DNA from: an uncultured delta proteobacterium | GTDB lineage: Bacteria; Myxococcota_A; Polyangia; Polyangiales; Polyangiaceae | Assembly: GCA_963806225.1 (NCBI GenBank) | Contig: CAWDXG010000001.1 | Span: forward strand, 1,536,001-1,600,000 | Length of the DNA stretch: 64,000 bases | Direction of reading: 5' to 3' | Shown: positions 11,573 to 23,000 of the stretch, piece after piece | Position numbering within the stretch: position 1 is the first letter of the stretch | Layout: every line of letters starts with the position of its first letter | Program-made: the position numbers and the translations under genes | Notes under the pieces: model-generated | The model's input: the letters and a program-made list of their open reading frames with translations, nothing else | Databases searched by the model: none | What the model was told of the DNA's origin: nothing

Positions 11573-12172
11573 TCACGGCCCGCCGTCGAAGCACGAGGCG
11601 GTCCAGGTGCCGTTCGTCTTGGTGAAGCCGAAGGAAAGGTCGGCGGAGTTGGAACGGCCGCAGGCGTCGGTGAGCTGGATGCCGCTCGGAAGGATCTTCG
11701 TGAAGGCACCGAAGGTGGCGGCGTCCAGGTTCGAGAGATCCATCGTCAGGATGTTGTGATCGATGCTGGTGGGATACTGGGTGCTCGAGAGCTCGCCGGC
11801 GTCGCCCAGCGGAGGTTCGACATAGAAGAAGACGTCCTGCACGGTGGTGATCGCGAGCGGATATCTGGTGAAGGCCAGGTGGATCTTCTGGTTCGTGGTG
11901 TCGATGCTGCTCTTCGAGAAGTCAACGTCGCTGCAGCCGAGGTTGCAGTGGTAGACGGGGCCGTCGGGAGCGCACATACCCGGCGGACCCGCATCGCTGG
12001 CGATCGCCGGACAGCTCTCGCACTGGTCCTTGTCGTAGTTGTAGATGCCTCCGGCGTCGCAGCTGTCGGCGACGACGGAGCCGTCGGCGGTCGAAGCGTC
12101 GTTGCCGATGACCTTCTTCTTCACGTCGGTGTTCGAGCAACCGGGGGAGACGGCGAGCACGATGCCCGCCAT
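11573..12172 (-). pseudogene. Cys-containing lipoprotein, 5' end truncated by IS91-like remnant
   Basis: AGIVLAVSPGC lipobox with no n-region; mature part (DASTADGS, DAG linkers, Cys pairs) intact; upstream DNA is transposase sequence on the other strand. Confidence 0.6.
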
Positions 12173-13599
12173 CCGGAAGCGACCGCCCTGTACCGCGTGG
12201 TGCAGGACAACCTCTGCACGCTCTACGCCGCCGCCGAGCAGGGCTTCGCCGCGCCGCTTCCCGGCTTCGTCAAGGACGAGCTCGAGCGCTACATCGACTG
12301 CGGGGTCCTGGCGCGGGGATTTTCCGTGCTTGCGTGCCCCGACTGCCAGAGGCGGAGGGTCGTCGCGTTTTCCTGCAAAGGCCGCTCCTTGTGTCCCTCG
12401 TGCCTGGGCCGCCGCATGGCGGCCGGCGCTGCGGACCTTGTGGAACACGTTCTGCCGCCGGGCGTACCGCTCAGGCAGTGGGTGCTCACGCTGCCGTTCG
12501 AGCTCAGGGCGCGGCTCGCCTACGACGCCGGGCTGCTCGGCGCGGTCTGCCACGCCTGCGTCGACTCGGTGCTCCGCTGGTACCGCCGCCGCCTGCGCGA
12601 GCGCGGCATCGACGGCGGCAGGAGCGGGTCGAGGACGAGAGCGGCGAGCTCCGCTTCCACGCGCTGCCCTTCCTGACCAACGACGATGTCGCCGACGTGC
12701 TGCAGATCGCCCGCGCGCGCATCCTCGCGCTCTTGCGACGCAAAGGCGTGATCGCGGACGCCGACGAGAGCAGCGGCGGCAGCGGCAGCGGCAGCGGCAG
12801 CGGCAGCGGCGCGAGCGTTGTCAGCGCGGACGCGACGCTCGCCGAGAGCGAGCCCGCGCTCGCCCAGCTCGCCGTCGCCTCCACGCTCGGCACCGTGCCG
12901 GCAGGACCCGCGCTGCGCCGGCGCGATCCCATCACGCTGCGCGGCGGAGCCAGGCTCCTCCACACCAAGGCGCTCTGCGCCACCCTGGGCGGTTTGTCGC
13001 TGCACGCCTCGACCACCGCCAGCGCCACCGACGCCGCAGGAAAAGAAGCGCTCTGCAAGTACATCCTGCGGCCGCCGATCTCGCAGGAGCGCGTGCAGCT
13101 CGCCGGCGACGATCTCGTGCGGCTGATCCTGAAGCGGCCGTTCAGTGATGGAACAGTCGCGCTCGAGATGGACCCTCTGTCCCTGCTCGCGCGACTCGCG
13201 GCGGCCGTGCACCCGCCACGGTTCAATACGGTGAGGTACGGCGGCGTGCTCGCTGCACACAGCAAATGGAGAGCGCGCATTGTTCCGCCGCCGCCGCGCG
13301 ACGACGACGACGAAAGAACGACGACAAGAACGACGACAAGAACGACAACGACGCGCACTGCGCCACGTGCGCGAACACGAAGGACAAGTCGCCCACGCAT
13401 CGCTGCGGGTATCGCCCATGGCGTGAGTTGCTCCGCCGCAGCTTCAAAATCGACGTCGAGCGGTGCGAGCACTGTGGCGGCAGGATGAAGCTCCGCGCCC
13501 TCGTCGTCACCGCCGCCGGCATCGTGCGCTACCTCCGCCCGCGTCATCCGCCGCCGGCTCGGAGAGCCCGTGCAGGCGGAGCTGTTCGACGTGCCCTGA
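12167..13599 (+). mobile_element. IS91-family (Y2, zinc-binding domain) transposase pseudogene
   Basis: RHPEATALY..CGVLARGF..CPDC..VAFSCKGRSLCPSC..RQWVLTLP; GLSLHA; YILRPP..VRYGGVLA; WRELLRRSFKIDVERCEHCGGRM. Frame breaks near 12630, 13315 and 13537; the HUH segment expected near 12630 is absent. Confidence 0.88.
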
Positions 13600-13758
13600 A
13601 CGCGCGCTCGCGAGGGCGGGGATCCGACCGGAGGCGGGCTGTTCGTGCGGAGACGACGCGCGGGGGGCTGGATCACGCCGGCGCGCATTCCGCAGAGCTC
13701 GATCGAGGCGTAGACTGTCCGGCAGAGGCAGCGAGAGTGACGTGGGGCTATCGAGACA

Positions 13759-13842
13759 GACGTGAGCACCACCATGATCTACACCCACGTCCTCGGCCGC
13801 GGCGCCCTCGGCGTCCAGAGCCCCTTCGATCTCCTGCCCTGA
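13759..13842 (+). pseudogene. intI: C-terminal remnant of integron integrase
   Basis: Translates [27 protein letters not shown], the IntI C-terminal signature with catalytic Tyr; upstream frame is not integrase-like and has a stop at 13738-13740. Confidence 0.85.
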
Positions 13843-13846
13843 GCGC

Positions 13847-14014
13847 GCACTGTTTACGGTGCTATGCGGAACTACCTAGCGGCGCGGGCAGGCCAAGCCG
13901 GCCGCGGCCCCGCAGCGGCAAGCCCGCCCCGATGGCAGCCCGCAGGCGCCCCCGACGCAGCGCTACACAGGGCGGGCGCGAGGGGATATGATGGACGTCG
14001 AATAGTAGTTAGCC
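13847..14014 (+). other. Candidate attI region (copy 2), downstream of intI
   Basis: Lies between the intI stop and first cassette core GTTAGCC 14008-14014; not an attC-type palindrome. Confidence 0.7.
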
Positions 14015-14021
14015 GGTCTCA

Positions 14022-14489
14022 ATGCAGTTCGAAGCCCGCCCTCTCGTTGGCATCGGCCCGGTCCTGCTCGGCCAGCGTCGAGATGCCGTCCGCCGTGCAA
14101 TCGGCGCTGCTCCGCACGAGTTCCTGAAGTCCCCGACCGCTCTCTACCCAACCGACGCCTTCTACGATTCCTCCTTTCAGGTCTTCTATCGAGACGAGTC
14201 TGGTCCGACTGTCGAGTTCATCGAGCTTTCCCGAGTTCCTGCCATGCACGTGATTGTGCGCGGATTGGACGTTTTCTCACGACCCGCCGACGAAGTAGTC
14301 GCTCACATCTCGAAAGAAGTAGCGCCAGATCCCCACGACCCCGAGTACGGGTACAGCTACATCTTTCCCGCGTGGGAACTCGCTCTATGGCGGCCGACGA
14401 TCCCCGCGCACGCGAGCGACGACGACGGGAGGTACTTCTCGACCATCGGGATCGGAGTCACTGGCTACTTCACTGCGCGCGCCGGCTAA
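14022..14489 (+). CDS. Cassette 1 hypothetical protein
   Basis: 155 aa, ATG 8 nt after the core site, TAA stop inside inverse core GGCTAAC; lower GC than flanks. Confidence 0.8.
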   Translation: MQFEARPLVGIGPVLLGQRRDAVRRAIGAAPHEFLKSPTALYPTDAFYDSSFQVFYRDESGPTVEFIELSRVPAMHVIVRGLDVFSRPADEVVAHISKEVAPDPHDPEYGYSYIFPAWELALWRPTIPAHASDDDGRYFSTIGIGVTGYFTARAG

Positions 14490-14634
14490 CAAGCCGCTGC
14501 AGCAGCCGGCCGCGCGTCGTCGTGGCCTGCTGCCTGGTGCCGCTCGCCCGTGGTGAGTACCACTGGCTCGGTCATCGCGACCTGATAGGTTATGCTTGCT
14601 CGTGCGGCCGCAGCTGAGGGCCGGTTCGTTGGAC
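14484..14634 (+). repeat. attC site 1 (151 bp)
   Basis: GGCTAAC-AAGCCGCTGCAGC ... GCAGCTGAGGGCCGGTTC-GTTGGAC; GGCTAAC is the reverse complement of the cassette's starting GTTAGCC. Confidence 0.88.
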
Positions 14635-14771
14635 AGACTCGCACTGCACGCGCGCCACCCTTCCGGATCGGAGCTGGATTGCCTAGCTGTGCACTTGTCG
14701 GGGCACGCCAACGTTAGCAGCGGGGGTGACTCCTCGACGCGTTCGTCGTCGCGCGTTACGATGACGACGAG

Positions 14772-15185
14772 ATGGGGCGCTGGATCCTTGCGGTAGCCGT
14801 GTTGGCGACGACGGCGTGGTGCACCAGTTGCGGCGGCCAGTCCTGCCACTCGATATTTCAGTACTGGATCCGGTCGACCTTGCCGGATGGAACGTACGCG
14901 ACCTGCGAGATCGACTTCGACGCGGGGCACAAGGTTGCGCGCTACACGGTCGCGACCCCCTGCGCGGAAATGCAGCCCCCGCCGCGCGTCGAGCCGGTCG
15001 GCGACAGCCCGATACGCTACACCAGTGAAGCGTACGCATGCGTGATCACCATCAACTACTTCGACAACGCACGCGACCTCGCGAACTACGTGGGCAGCGA
15101 CAGCTTCACCATGACCGTGACGTGCGACGGAAAGGTCGTCGAGACGCAGCCGATCGCGCCGTTGACCGCGGTCTGCGCAGAATGA
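14772..15185 (+). CDS. Cassette 2 putative lipoprotein
   Basis: Hydrophobic signal ending in CTSC-GG, several Cys; TACGAT -10-like element at 14757-14762. Confidence 0.7.
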   Translation: MGRWILAVAVLATTAWCTSCGGQSCHSIFQYWIRSTLPDGTYATCEIDFDAGHKVARYTVATPCAEMQPPPRVEPVGDSPIRYTSEAYACVITINYFDNARDLANYVGSDSFTMTVTCDGKVVETQPIAPLTAVCAE

Positions 15186-15350
15186 TCGAGCCCCGAGCGA
15201 AGCGGGGCTACGCTGGGTTCAGAGGGCGCTCGGGCGCTCGCTTCCGGCTGGCGGGGTCGCCGCCGCGCGAGATCATCGGGTCGTTCCATCCGGAGAGGCG
15301 TCGACTGCTGACTTGCCGCTGCCGTTCCGGGGGACGCGACCGCTCTCGCT

Positions 15351-15472
15351 GTCCAACAGGCCACTGAATCCCGACGGCGGCGGGGCCGGCGCGGTCTTCG
15401 AGGTGTTCCACGCGGCAAGTCGCGGTATCATCTCTTCCACGGCCGCCGCGGGTTAGTGGCGGTTCGTTGGGC
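15351..15472 (+). repeat. attC site 2 (122 bp)
   Basis: GTCCAAC...GTTGGGC; GTCCAAC complements GTTGGAC at 14628; internal GCGGC/GCCGC arms. Confidence 0.88.
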
Positions 15473-15480
15473 GGGCTCAA

Positions 15481-15786
15481 GTGTCACGGAAGCTATTGGT
15501 CTTCGTTGTCGGTGCGTTGGTCGCGGGCGTCGGCTGCGGAGGAGTTGCCAAGGACTCGCCGAGTTGGTCGTGCACGAAGCGGCAGACGAACCCGCCGTCT
15601 TGTGAATGCCAGCGTGTCGACGCGGGATCGCCCGACTCCGGAAACGCCCACGCCTGCGATGGCCTTCAGTGCTGTTTCGCGTCGGCCGCCGATTGCTTCT
15701 GCGTGGGCCTCGACAGCTTGATTACGGACTGCGCTCTGGTCCAGGTGCAGAACGCAAAGCCGGTGTCGGCGTGCCGGGCCCCGTGA
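15481..15786 (+). CDS. Cassette 3 small Cys-rich lipoprotein
   Basis: GTG 9 nt after the core site; lipobox GVGC; about 11 Cys in 101 aa; VDAGSPDSG linker. Confidence 0.72.
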   Translation: MSRKLLVFVVGALVAGVGCGGVAKDSPSWSCTKRQTNPPSCECQRVDAGSPDSGNAHACDGLQCCFASAADCFCVGLDSLITDCALVQVQNAKPVSACRAP

Positions 15787-15854
15787 CTTCCAACGCTTGG
15801 TTGGCGCGGGATCCTGCACTCGCATCGCGGGTGAGTGCGGGGTAGAACGTAGCG

Positions 15855-16187
15855 GTGCAACTTCCGGGGGCCGAGCGCGCACAGATCGAACCGGAGAAGA
15901 TCCGCGACTACTTGTTGTCGCCGGATCATCCAGTCGGACGCTTCAAGGCGCGCTTCTTCGCGTCGATCGGCTACGACCGCTCCCGCTGGGAGGCGCTGCG
16001 CGACGACCTCCTGGCCGCGGCGCGTACCCAGGAAGCTGCAGCCGGTCAGGCTAGCCCGTTCGGTCGCAAGTACGAGGTCCGTGCTACACTTGGGGTGCCG
16101 CCAGGTCGAACCGCGTGGGTCACATCGGTCTGGATCGTGCTGGACGGCGACGACATTCCGAGGTTCGTGACGGCGTTTCCGGGGTAG
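15855..16187 (+). CDS. DUF6883-like protein (putative toxin)
   Basis: LPGAERAQIEPEKIRDYLL..HPVGRFKARFF..FGRKYEV..VTSVWI..PRFVTAFP matches the recalled family pattern. Confidence 0.75.
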   Translation: MQLPGAERAQIEPEKIRDYLLSPDHPVGRFKARFFASIGYDRSRWEALRDDLLAAARTQEAAAGQASPFGRKYEVRATLGVPPGRTAWVTSVWIVLDGDDIPRFVTAFPG

Positions 16188-16190
16188 ACC

Positions 16191-16424
16191 ATGTCCTTCA
16201 GTGTTCTAGACACAGTCGTGCTGACTCGCGATGTGCCCGAGCAGGGCCTGCTCCGCGGCGACATGGGCGCGATCGTGCATGTCCACTCCGCTGACGCGTA
16301 CGAGGTCGAGTTCGTCCAGGCGTCGGGACAGACGCAGGCCCTCGTCACGCTTCCAGCCGACGCGATCCGCGCGATCCAGGATGGCGATCTGGTCGCTGTC
16401 CGACAGGTTCACCAGTCAGCCTGA
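16191..16424 (+). CDS. DUF4926 domain protein (putative antitoxin/immunity)
   Basis: LDTVVLTRDVPEQGLLRGDMGAIVHV..AYEVEF. Confidence 0.85.
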   Translation: MSFSVLDTVVLTRDVPEQGLLRGDMGAIVHVHSADAYEVEFVQASGQTQALVTLPADAIRAIQDGDLVAVRQVHQSA

Positions 16425-16440
16425 CGTTCTGTCGAGCGCC

Positions 16441-16562
16441 GCCCAACAGGCCAATGAACCCGACGGCGGCGAGGGCAGTCGCGGTCTTCGGGATGTTCCG
16501 CAGGGCAATGCGCGGTATCATCTCTTCCACGGCCGCCGCGGGTTAGTGGCGGTCCGTTAGGC
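16441..16562 (+). repeat. attC site 3 (122 bp)
   Basis: GCCCAAC...GTTAGGC; GCCCAAC complements GTTGGGC at 15466; shares an identical stretch of about 43 bp with attC2. Confidence 0.9.
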
Positions 16563-16784
16563 GGGCGTGCCTAGTGCGCGCGCGATCTTCCTGGGCAGCT
16601 CGATGTCCGCGAACCGACGCGTCGGATACAGGTAGTCCTCACCGGACTCGTCGATGACTCGCACGAAGCCGTCAGCACGCGCTTCAGCGTCTTCCAACGC
16701 GACGTAGATCTTGCCACGCTCGAGCGAGGCGGCATACCCCTCGTTGGACAAGCAGACGACGTGTCGGCGTTTCGCGCGGGCCAT
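16557..16784 (-). CDS. Small hypothetical protein (putative immunity/antitoxin), cassette 4
   Basis: 75 aa with RVIDESGEDYLYP; stop codon embedded in core GTTAGGC. Confidence 0.75.
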   Translation of the reverse strand: MARAKRRHVVCLSNEGYAASLERGKIYVALEDAEARADGFVRVIDESGEDYLYPTRRFADIELPRKIARALGTPA

Positions 16785-16785
16785 C

Positions 16786-18241
<1,456 letters not shown>

Positions 18242-18259
18242 GTCCGGCGCGCGCTTACG

Positions 18260-19090
18260 CTACTTCTGGAGCGGCAGCACGTTGCGCGGGTCGCAGACGA
18301 CGGTGCGGGAGTTTTCGACGATCTCGCGCGGCTTGAAGTGGGCGGGGTTTTCGCCCTCGCGGACGCGGCGCACCTCGAGGTGCAGGTGCACGACGCCGGC
18401 CGAGCCGGAGTCGCCGACGAAACCGAGCAGCGCGCCCTGCTTGACGGTCATGCCCTTGGCGAGCCCCGGGGCGGGGCCCTGCAGGTGGCCGTAGAGCACC
18501 AGGTACTCGCGCAGGTGCCCGCCTTCGCGCAGGGTGTGGCGGGTGACCACCGTGTTGCCGAACAGCGGCCCGACGTAGAGCACCTCGGCGTTGCCGACCT
18601 GGTGGGCGAGATCGACGAGGCGCACCCGCGTGCCGCGCGGCTCGGCCAGGTCGATGCCGCCGTGGCCGACGGCTTTGAGTCCGGGTCCGCGGCGCTGCTC
18701 GTAGTCGGGGCGGTCCAGGTCGTAGCCGCTCATGACCAGCGACTGGCCGGGCTCGGGCGGTACCGGGTAGCGGTAGCGCCGGTAGTTGGCCGGGCGATCC
18801 GGCCGCCGGGGGATCTGGTCGTACACGCGCCAGCGGCCGCCCCGCTCGTGGTGGCCGTTCCGCTCGGCCTGGAGCGCCGCGCCGCCGGGCTGGCCGTTCG
18901 GCACGGGGATGCAGATGCCGTTGTCGGGCAGCGTGCCGGGCGGGCAGAGGCTGGGCAGCGAGTCGCCGCCGGCCTGGGTGCCGCGCCCGGCCGCATGCTG
19001 CGCCGCGGCGGGGGCCGCAGAGCCCGCGGCTGCCCGTACCAGCGCTGACAGCGCGGCGGTGACCACGGCGGCTCGGACCAGGGGCTGCAC
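18260..19090 (-). CDS. M23 family metallopeptidase
   Basis: Signal peptide; HGGID, GNTVV, YGHL, GFVGDSG, HLH motifs. Confidence 0.9.
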   Translation of the reverse strand: MQPLVRAAVVTAALSALVRAAAGSAAPAAAQHAAGRGTQAGGDSLPSLCPPGTLPDNGICIPVPNGQPGGAALQAERNGHHERGGRWRVYDQIPRRPDRPANYRRYRYPVPPEPGQSLVMSGYDLDRPDYEQRRGPGLKAVGHGGIDLAEPRGTRVRLVDLAHQVGNAEVLYVGPLFGNTVVTRHTLREGGHLREYLVLYGHLQGPAPGLAKGMTVKQGALLGFVGDSGSAGVVHLHLEVRRVREGENPAHFKPREIVENSRTVVCDPRNVLPLQK

Positions 19091-19215
19091 CTGTGCGAGT
19101 GTAACGCGCCAGCGGGCCCGGTCGATTCCGGCTTGCCCGGAACGGCCGTCGATTCCGGCTCCAGAGCTGCCGTTCCGGCTCCAGGGAAGGAATGGATTGA
19201 TTCCGGCCCTGTAGG

Positions 19216-20055
19216 TTGATAGCTCCCTTCGTGGTGAAGATACCGGTGGACAGGCTCGCGCCCGCGGATGCCGCGGTCATGGAGACGTTCGTGGTCCCGC
19301 GCTACCTGTCTCTGTTCGGCGAGCTGGCTATCGAGCTGCTGCTGGCGGGCCAGGCGGCGCGCATCGCCCATATCGGCTGCCGCACCGGCTATCCCGACCG
19401 CCAGCTGTACGAGAAGGTCGAGGGCTCCAGCATCGTCGGAGTCGACGCATCCGAATCGGCGCTGGAGTTGGCGCGCAACAAGGCTGCCCTGCTCGGCGAT
19501 CCACCCATCGAGTACGTGGAAGCCGACGAGCTTCCCACGTCGCTCGAAGCTGCCAGCTTCTCGCACGCCCTCAACCTGCACCCTGTCGGCAGCGGCGAGC
19601 AGCGGCTCGCACTCTTCCGCGAGATGGAGCGCGTCCTGTACGCCGGCGGCCAGGCGCTCATCGCGCTGCCCCTGCGAGGGTCCTTCCAGGAAATCGGCGA
19701 CCTCCTGCGCGAGTACGCACTGAAGTACGACGAGGGCGAGTTCGGCAAGGCCGTGGAGGACGCGATGTCCACCCGCCCGACGATCGAGACCCTGTCCGAG
19801 GAGCTGGAGGACGCCGGCCTCGACAACGTCAACGTCGAGATCCGCGCGACCGAGCTCACGTTCGACAGCGGCCGCGCGTTCATAGAAGACCCCGTCTCGC
19901 GCCTGCTCGTCATACCGGAGCTCAAGGCTTCCCTCGAGGTGGATGATCTGTCCAAGCCCCTCGACTACGTCCGCGACGCCGTCGACAAGTACTGGTCGGA
20001 AGGCAAGTTCGAGGTCGCGCTCAACGTCGGCTGCGCGAGCGCCCGGAAGTTGTAG
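19216..20055 (+). CDS. Class I SAM-dependent methyltransferase-like protein
   Basis: IAHIGCRTG (variant motif I), GVDAS, ERVLYAGG. Confidence 0.75.
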   Translation: MIAPFVVKIPVDRLAPADAAVMETFVVPRYLSLFGELAIELLLAGQAARIAHIGCRTGYPDRQLYEKVEGSSIVGVDASESALELARNKAALLGDPPIEYVEADELPTSLEAASFSHALNLHPVGSGEQRLALFREMERVLYAGGQALIALPLRGSFQEIGDLLREYALKYDEGEFGKAVEDAMSTRPTIETLSEELEDAGLDNVNVEIRATELTFDSGRAFIEDPVSRLLVIPELKASLEVDDLSKPLDYVRDAVDKYWSEGKFEVALNVGCASARKL

Positions 20056-20070
20056 CCGCCTCGCTCCCGG

Positions 20071-23000
20071 TCAGTACCGGTAGTGCCAGAGCAGGTCGAT
20101 GGCTGTGCTTGCGTTGCCACCTTCGGTACGCAGCGACCAGTTGCGGTGGAAGCGCCAGTCGAGTGCGGCACTGAAGGCGGCTTTGCTGCCTCCGGAGGCG
20201 TTCGGCTCGCCCGCGCCGGCACCTGTAGCGCCGCCCTGCTCGTAGGTGCCTTCGAGCCACACCTCGTCGCTGATGCGCACTGCAGCGGTGTAGGCGGGGT
20301 TCGAGGTGGACGTATAGCGGTTCTCGCGCGTGCTGGTGCGGAACTGTACCGCGCCGAGCGGCGTCTCCGAGAACAGCTCGTTGAAACCGAGTGCCGCGGC
20401 TCCGACGCCGATCGCCTGCGCTTGCTGTCCCCTCGAGCCCGTTTCCGTCCCGCCCTGGCTCGAGGGACCACCTAGCAACAGCGCCATGATCTCCGACTCG
20501 GGCATCGCCGGATCGCTGCTTAGCCGGAGCTTGGCGTCCTTTACCGTCCCCTGCAGCTTTGCGTACACCGTGGTGCCCTCTGGCGAACGCCAGCTCGCCG
20601 TCGCGTCCACATGCGGGTTCGACGAATCACCCGTGTCGAACGTCACGCGCCCCCCATCGACGATGAACACCTTGCCGAGCGCAGGCACGCGGCCGCCCGG
20701 CTGCAGCGAGATGTAGCCCTTGACCTCCGCCTTCTCGCCGATGTCGACGATAGGCTGGCCGTCTATCGGTACCTCGATGTCGTTGCGGATGACGCGTACC
20801 GTGCCGAGATTGACGATGATGTGCCACGGGAGCGCCTGTTCACTGCGGTGCTCCACCGGCTCGCCAAGCGGCTGCAGGACCTGGATGTCGGGGTTGTCGT
20901 CGAGCGAGATCACGTTCTGCGAGGTGGCGCGTGGCAGCTTCGCCACGGCGTCCGGCACCTCGACGTCCACAATCATCCGCTGGGGAAGTCGGTGCAGGGT
21001 CACCGTGACCGGCACTTTCGATGTCACCGACGCCAGCTGCACGCCCTCGGTCATCAGGGGCACGCCGTTCTGCCCGGCTCCCAGGTTCACCGCTGCGGCG
21101 CCCCGATCCAGTCTCAGCCCATCCATGTAGAGCCTTGCGCTCGCGGCGATGTTGCGCTGGTCGGAGCGGGATTTTGCCGTGGCGCGAGGGACCACGATCA
21201 CGGTGCGGCGCCCGCGACCGGTGGCGGTCGCGGTGAACGCGACGTCGGACAGCCGCATGCCGAGCGCGGCGATCTGCAGGACGCCGTGCTGCATGTCGGC
21301 CTTGCCGCTGAGCTGGCCTGTCCAGCGCTTCTTCTTGGGGTGCTCCGGGTCCGGTTCCTGGGACAGCACGGCGGACAGCTGGGCATCGATGTCGCCGCTG
21401 AGCTCACTGAACACGTCGCTGAGCAGCGGGGAGAGCACGACCGCGTCGAAGTGCTTGGCGTCCACGTCGATGCGCACCGGCCGTTTGTCGTCGATGCTCG
21501 GTACGACGCCCTGCCAGGCGAGCGCCGCATGCGCTTGAGCGTCCAGGCTGCCCGCCTTGTGATCGAAATGCAGCGTCGCGCTCAGCGCTTCGCCGTTCGA
21601 TCGAACGGTCGCGCGCCCTTCGCCGACGGGAATCATGTCGATGTTCGCGCGCTTTACGTCCACGTTGGCGGCGACCTGCGGCAACAGGCTCTGGCGCTGC
21701 AGCGCCGCCGAGCCGTACAGCTCTCCCGCCACGTGGCTGTCGGCGAGCGGGGGCAGCAGGCGCAAGGGCAGGCCGTTCAAGAGGAGCTGCACGCCGCCCG
21801 TCCAGCGCGGCTTGTTCTCCGGCACGTCTCCAAACAGATCCTCCCAGCGCGCGGTGCCCTGCGCGGTCAGAAGTGCCAGGCGCTGGTCGCCGGCGAGCAC
21901 CTGGGTCGTCCCGCCGAAACGTCCCGTCTTCTGGACGTATTGGGCGGTCATGTCGAGGTCGAACGGCATCGCGTAGCGACTGGTCGTGAAGGAGACGCGC
22001 CGGGCCGTGGCATGCGCGCTGAACGTGGGGCTCCGGAGCGTGCCCTCGACACTGATGCGTCCGCCGACGACTGCGCTGACGCCCCGCGGCCTGAGCGGAG
22101 CCGGCAGGGCGTCGAGCCCGCGATCCGGCACACTGAGCACCGCCGTGATGGGCGTCTGCAGCAGCTGCTCGGCAAGCTTGCCGGGCGCGCGGACCGCGCG
22201 CTGGAGATCGACCGAGAGCGTGCCGCTGGCCGCGGCCAGGACCGTGTTCTCGTAGATGAGCCGGATGGTGCCGTTGGTGTCGCCGGTCTCGCCGTTGATC
22301 TGTCCGCCGACCTGCACGTCGACGCCCTGGATGCGCTCCGGCTTGCTGTCGGGCACGCTGCGCACGACGTCGAGGCCCTTGGTCCCGGCGACCGCGAACA
22401 AGCTGGGCAGCGCCGCCGCCACCTTGCGGTCGATGCGCAGTTGGCCGAAAGCGCGTCCCGTGACCTTGTCGACGTGGAGGCTCTTCGGCAACGCGTGCTC
22501 GAGCCCGGCGAGGTTCACGTCGCTGAACTGTAGCTGGGCCTGGCCGATCACGTCGCGCCACGAGGACACCTTCTGGACGGGGCCGGCCAGCGTCGTCTCC
22601 CACTGCGCGCCGAGCGCGCCGATGTCTTTGACCAGCACCGAGGCGTCGCCGTCGAGGTTCCCGTCGTCGAGCTTGGCGTTGACCAGCATCGAGATGCCAC
22701 CGAAGTTCATGATCGAGGCGTGGCCGAGTGCGATGCGCACCTGGCCGTTCGAGGTCTTCTTGTTGGACACCACGTCGGCATGGATGCCGAGTCTGCCGCC
22801 GACTGTGCCGCGTGGCAGTCCGAGCGCCTGGGTGATCTCGTCGAGGTCCAGGCCGGTGCCGTCGGCGTGGATCTCGAGCGAGCTGGGCCGGATGCGCGCC
22901 GAGCCGTGGACCTCGCCCCCGGTCCCGGACAGAGCGAGGTCCTTGACCTCGATGTTACCCTTGGCAAGGTCGAGCCGGGCGACCTTGCCATGCAGCTTCG

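Noticed and set aside
9477..13758. Full-length integron integrase
   Set aside because: No tyrosine recombinase ORF on either strand; only the C-terminal remnant at 13759-13842.
15421..15435. TATCAT inside attC2/attC3 as an internal promoter
   Set aside because: No -35 at proper spacing and no extended -10; unsupported without transcript data.
14484..16562. Repeated 122-151 bp elements as a CRISPR array
   Set aside because: Too long, separated by whole genes, bounded by RYYYAAC/GTTRRRY; these are attC sites and no cas genes are present.
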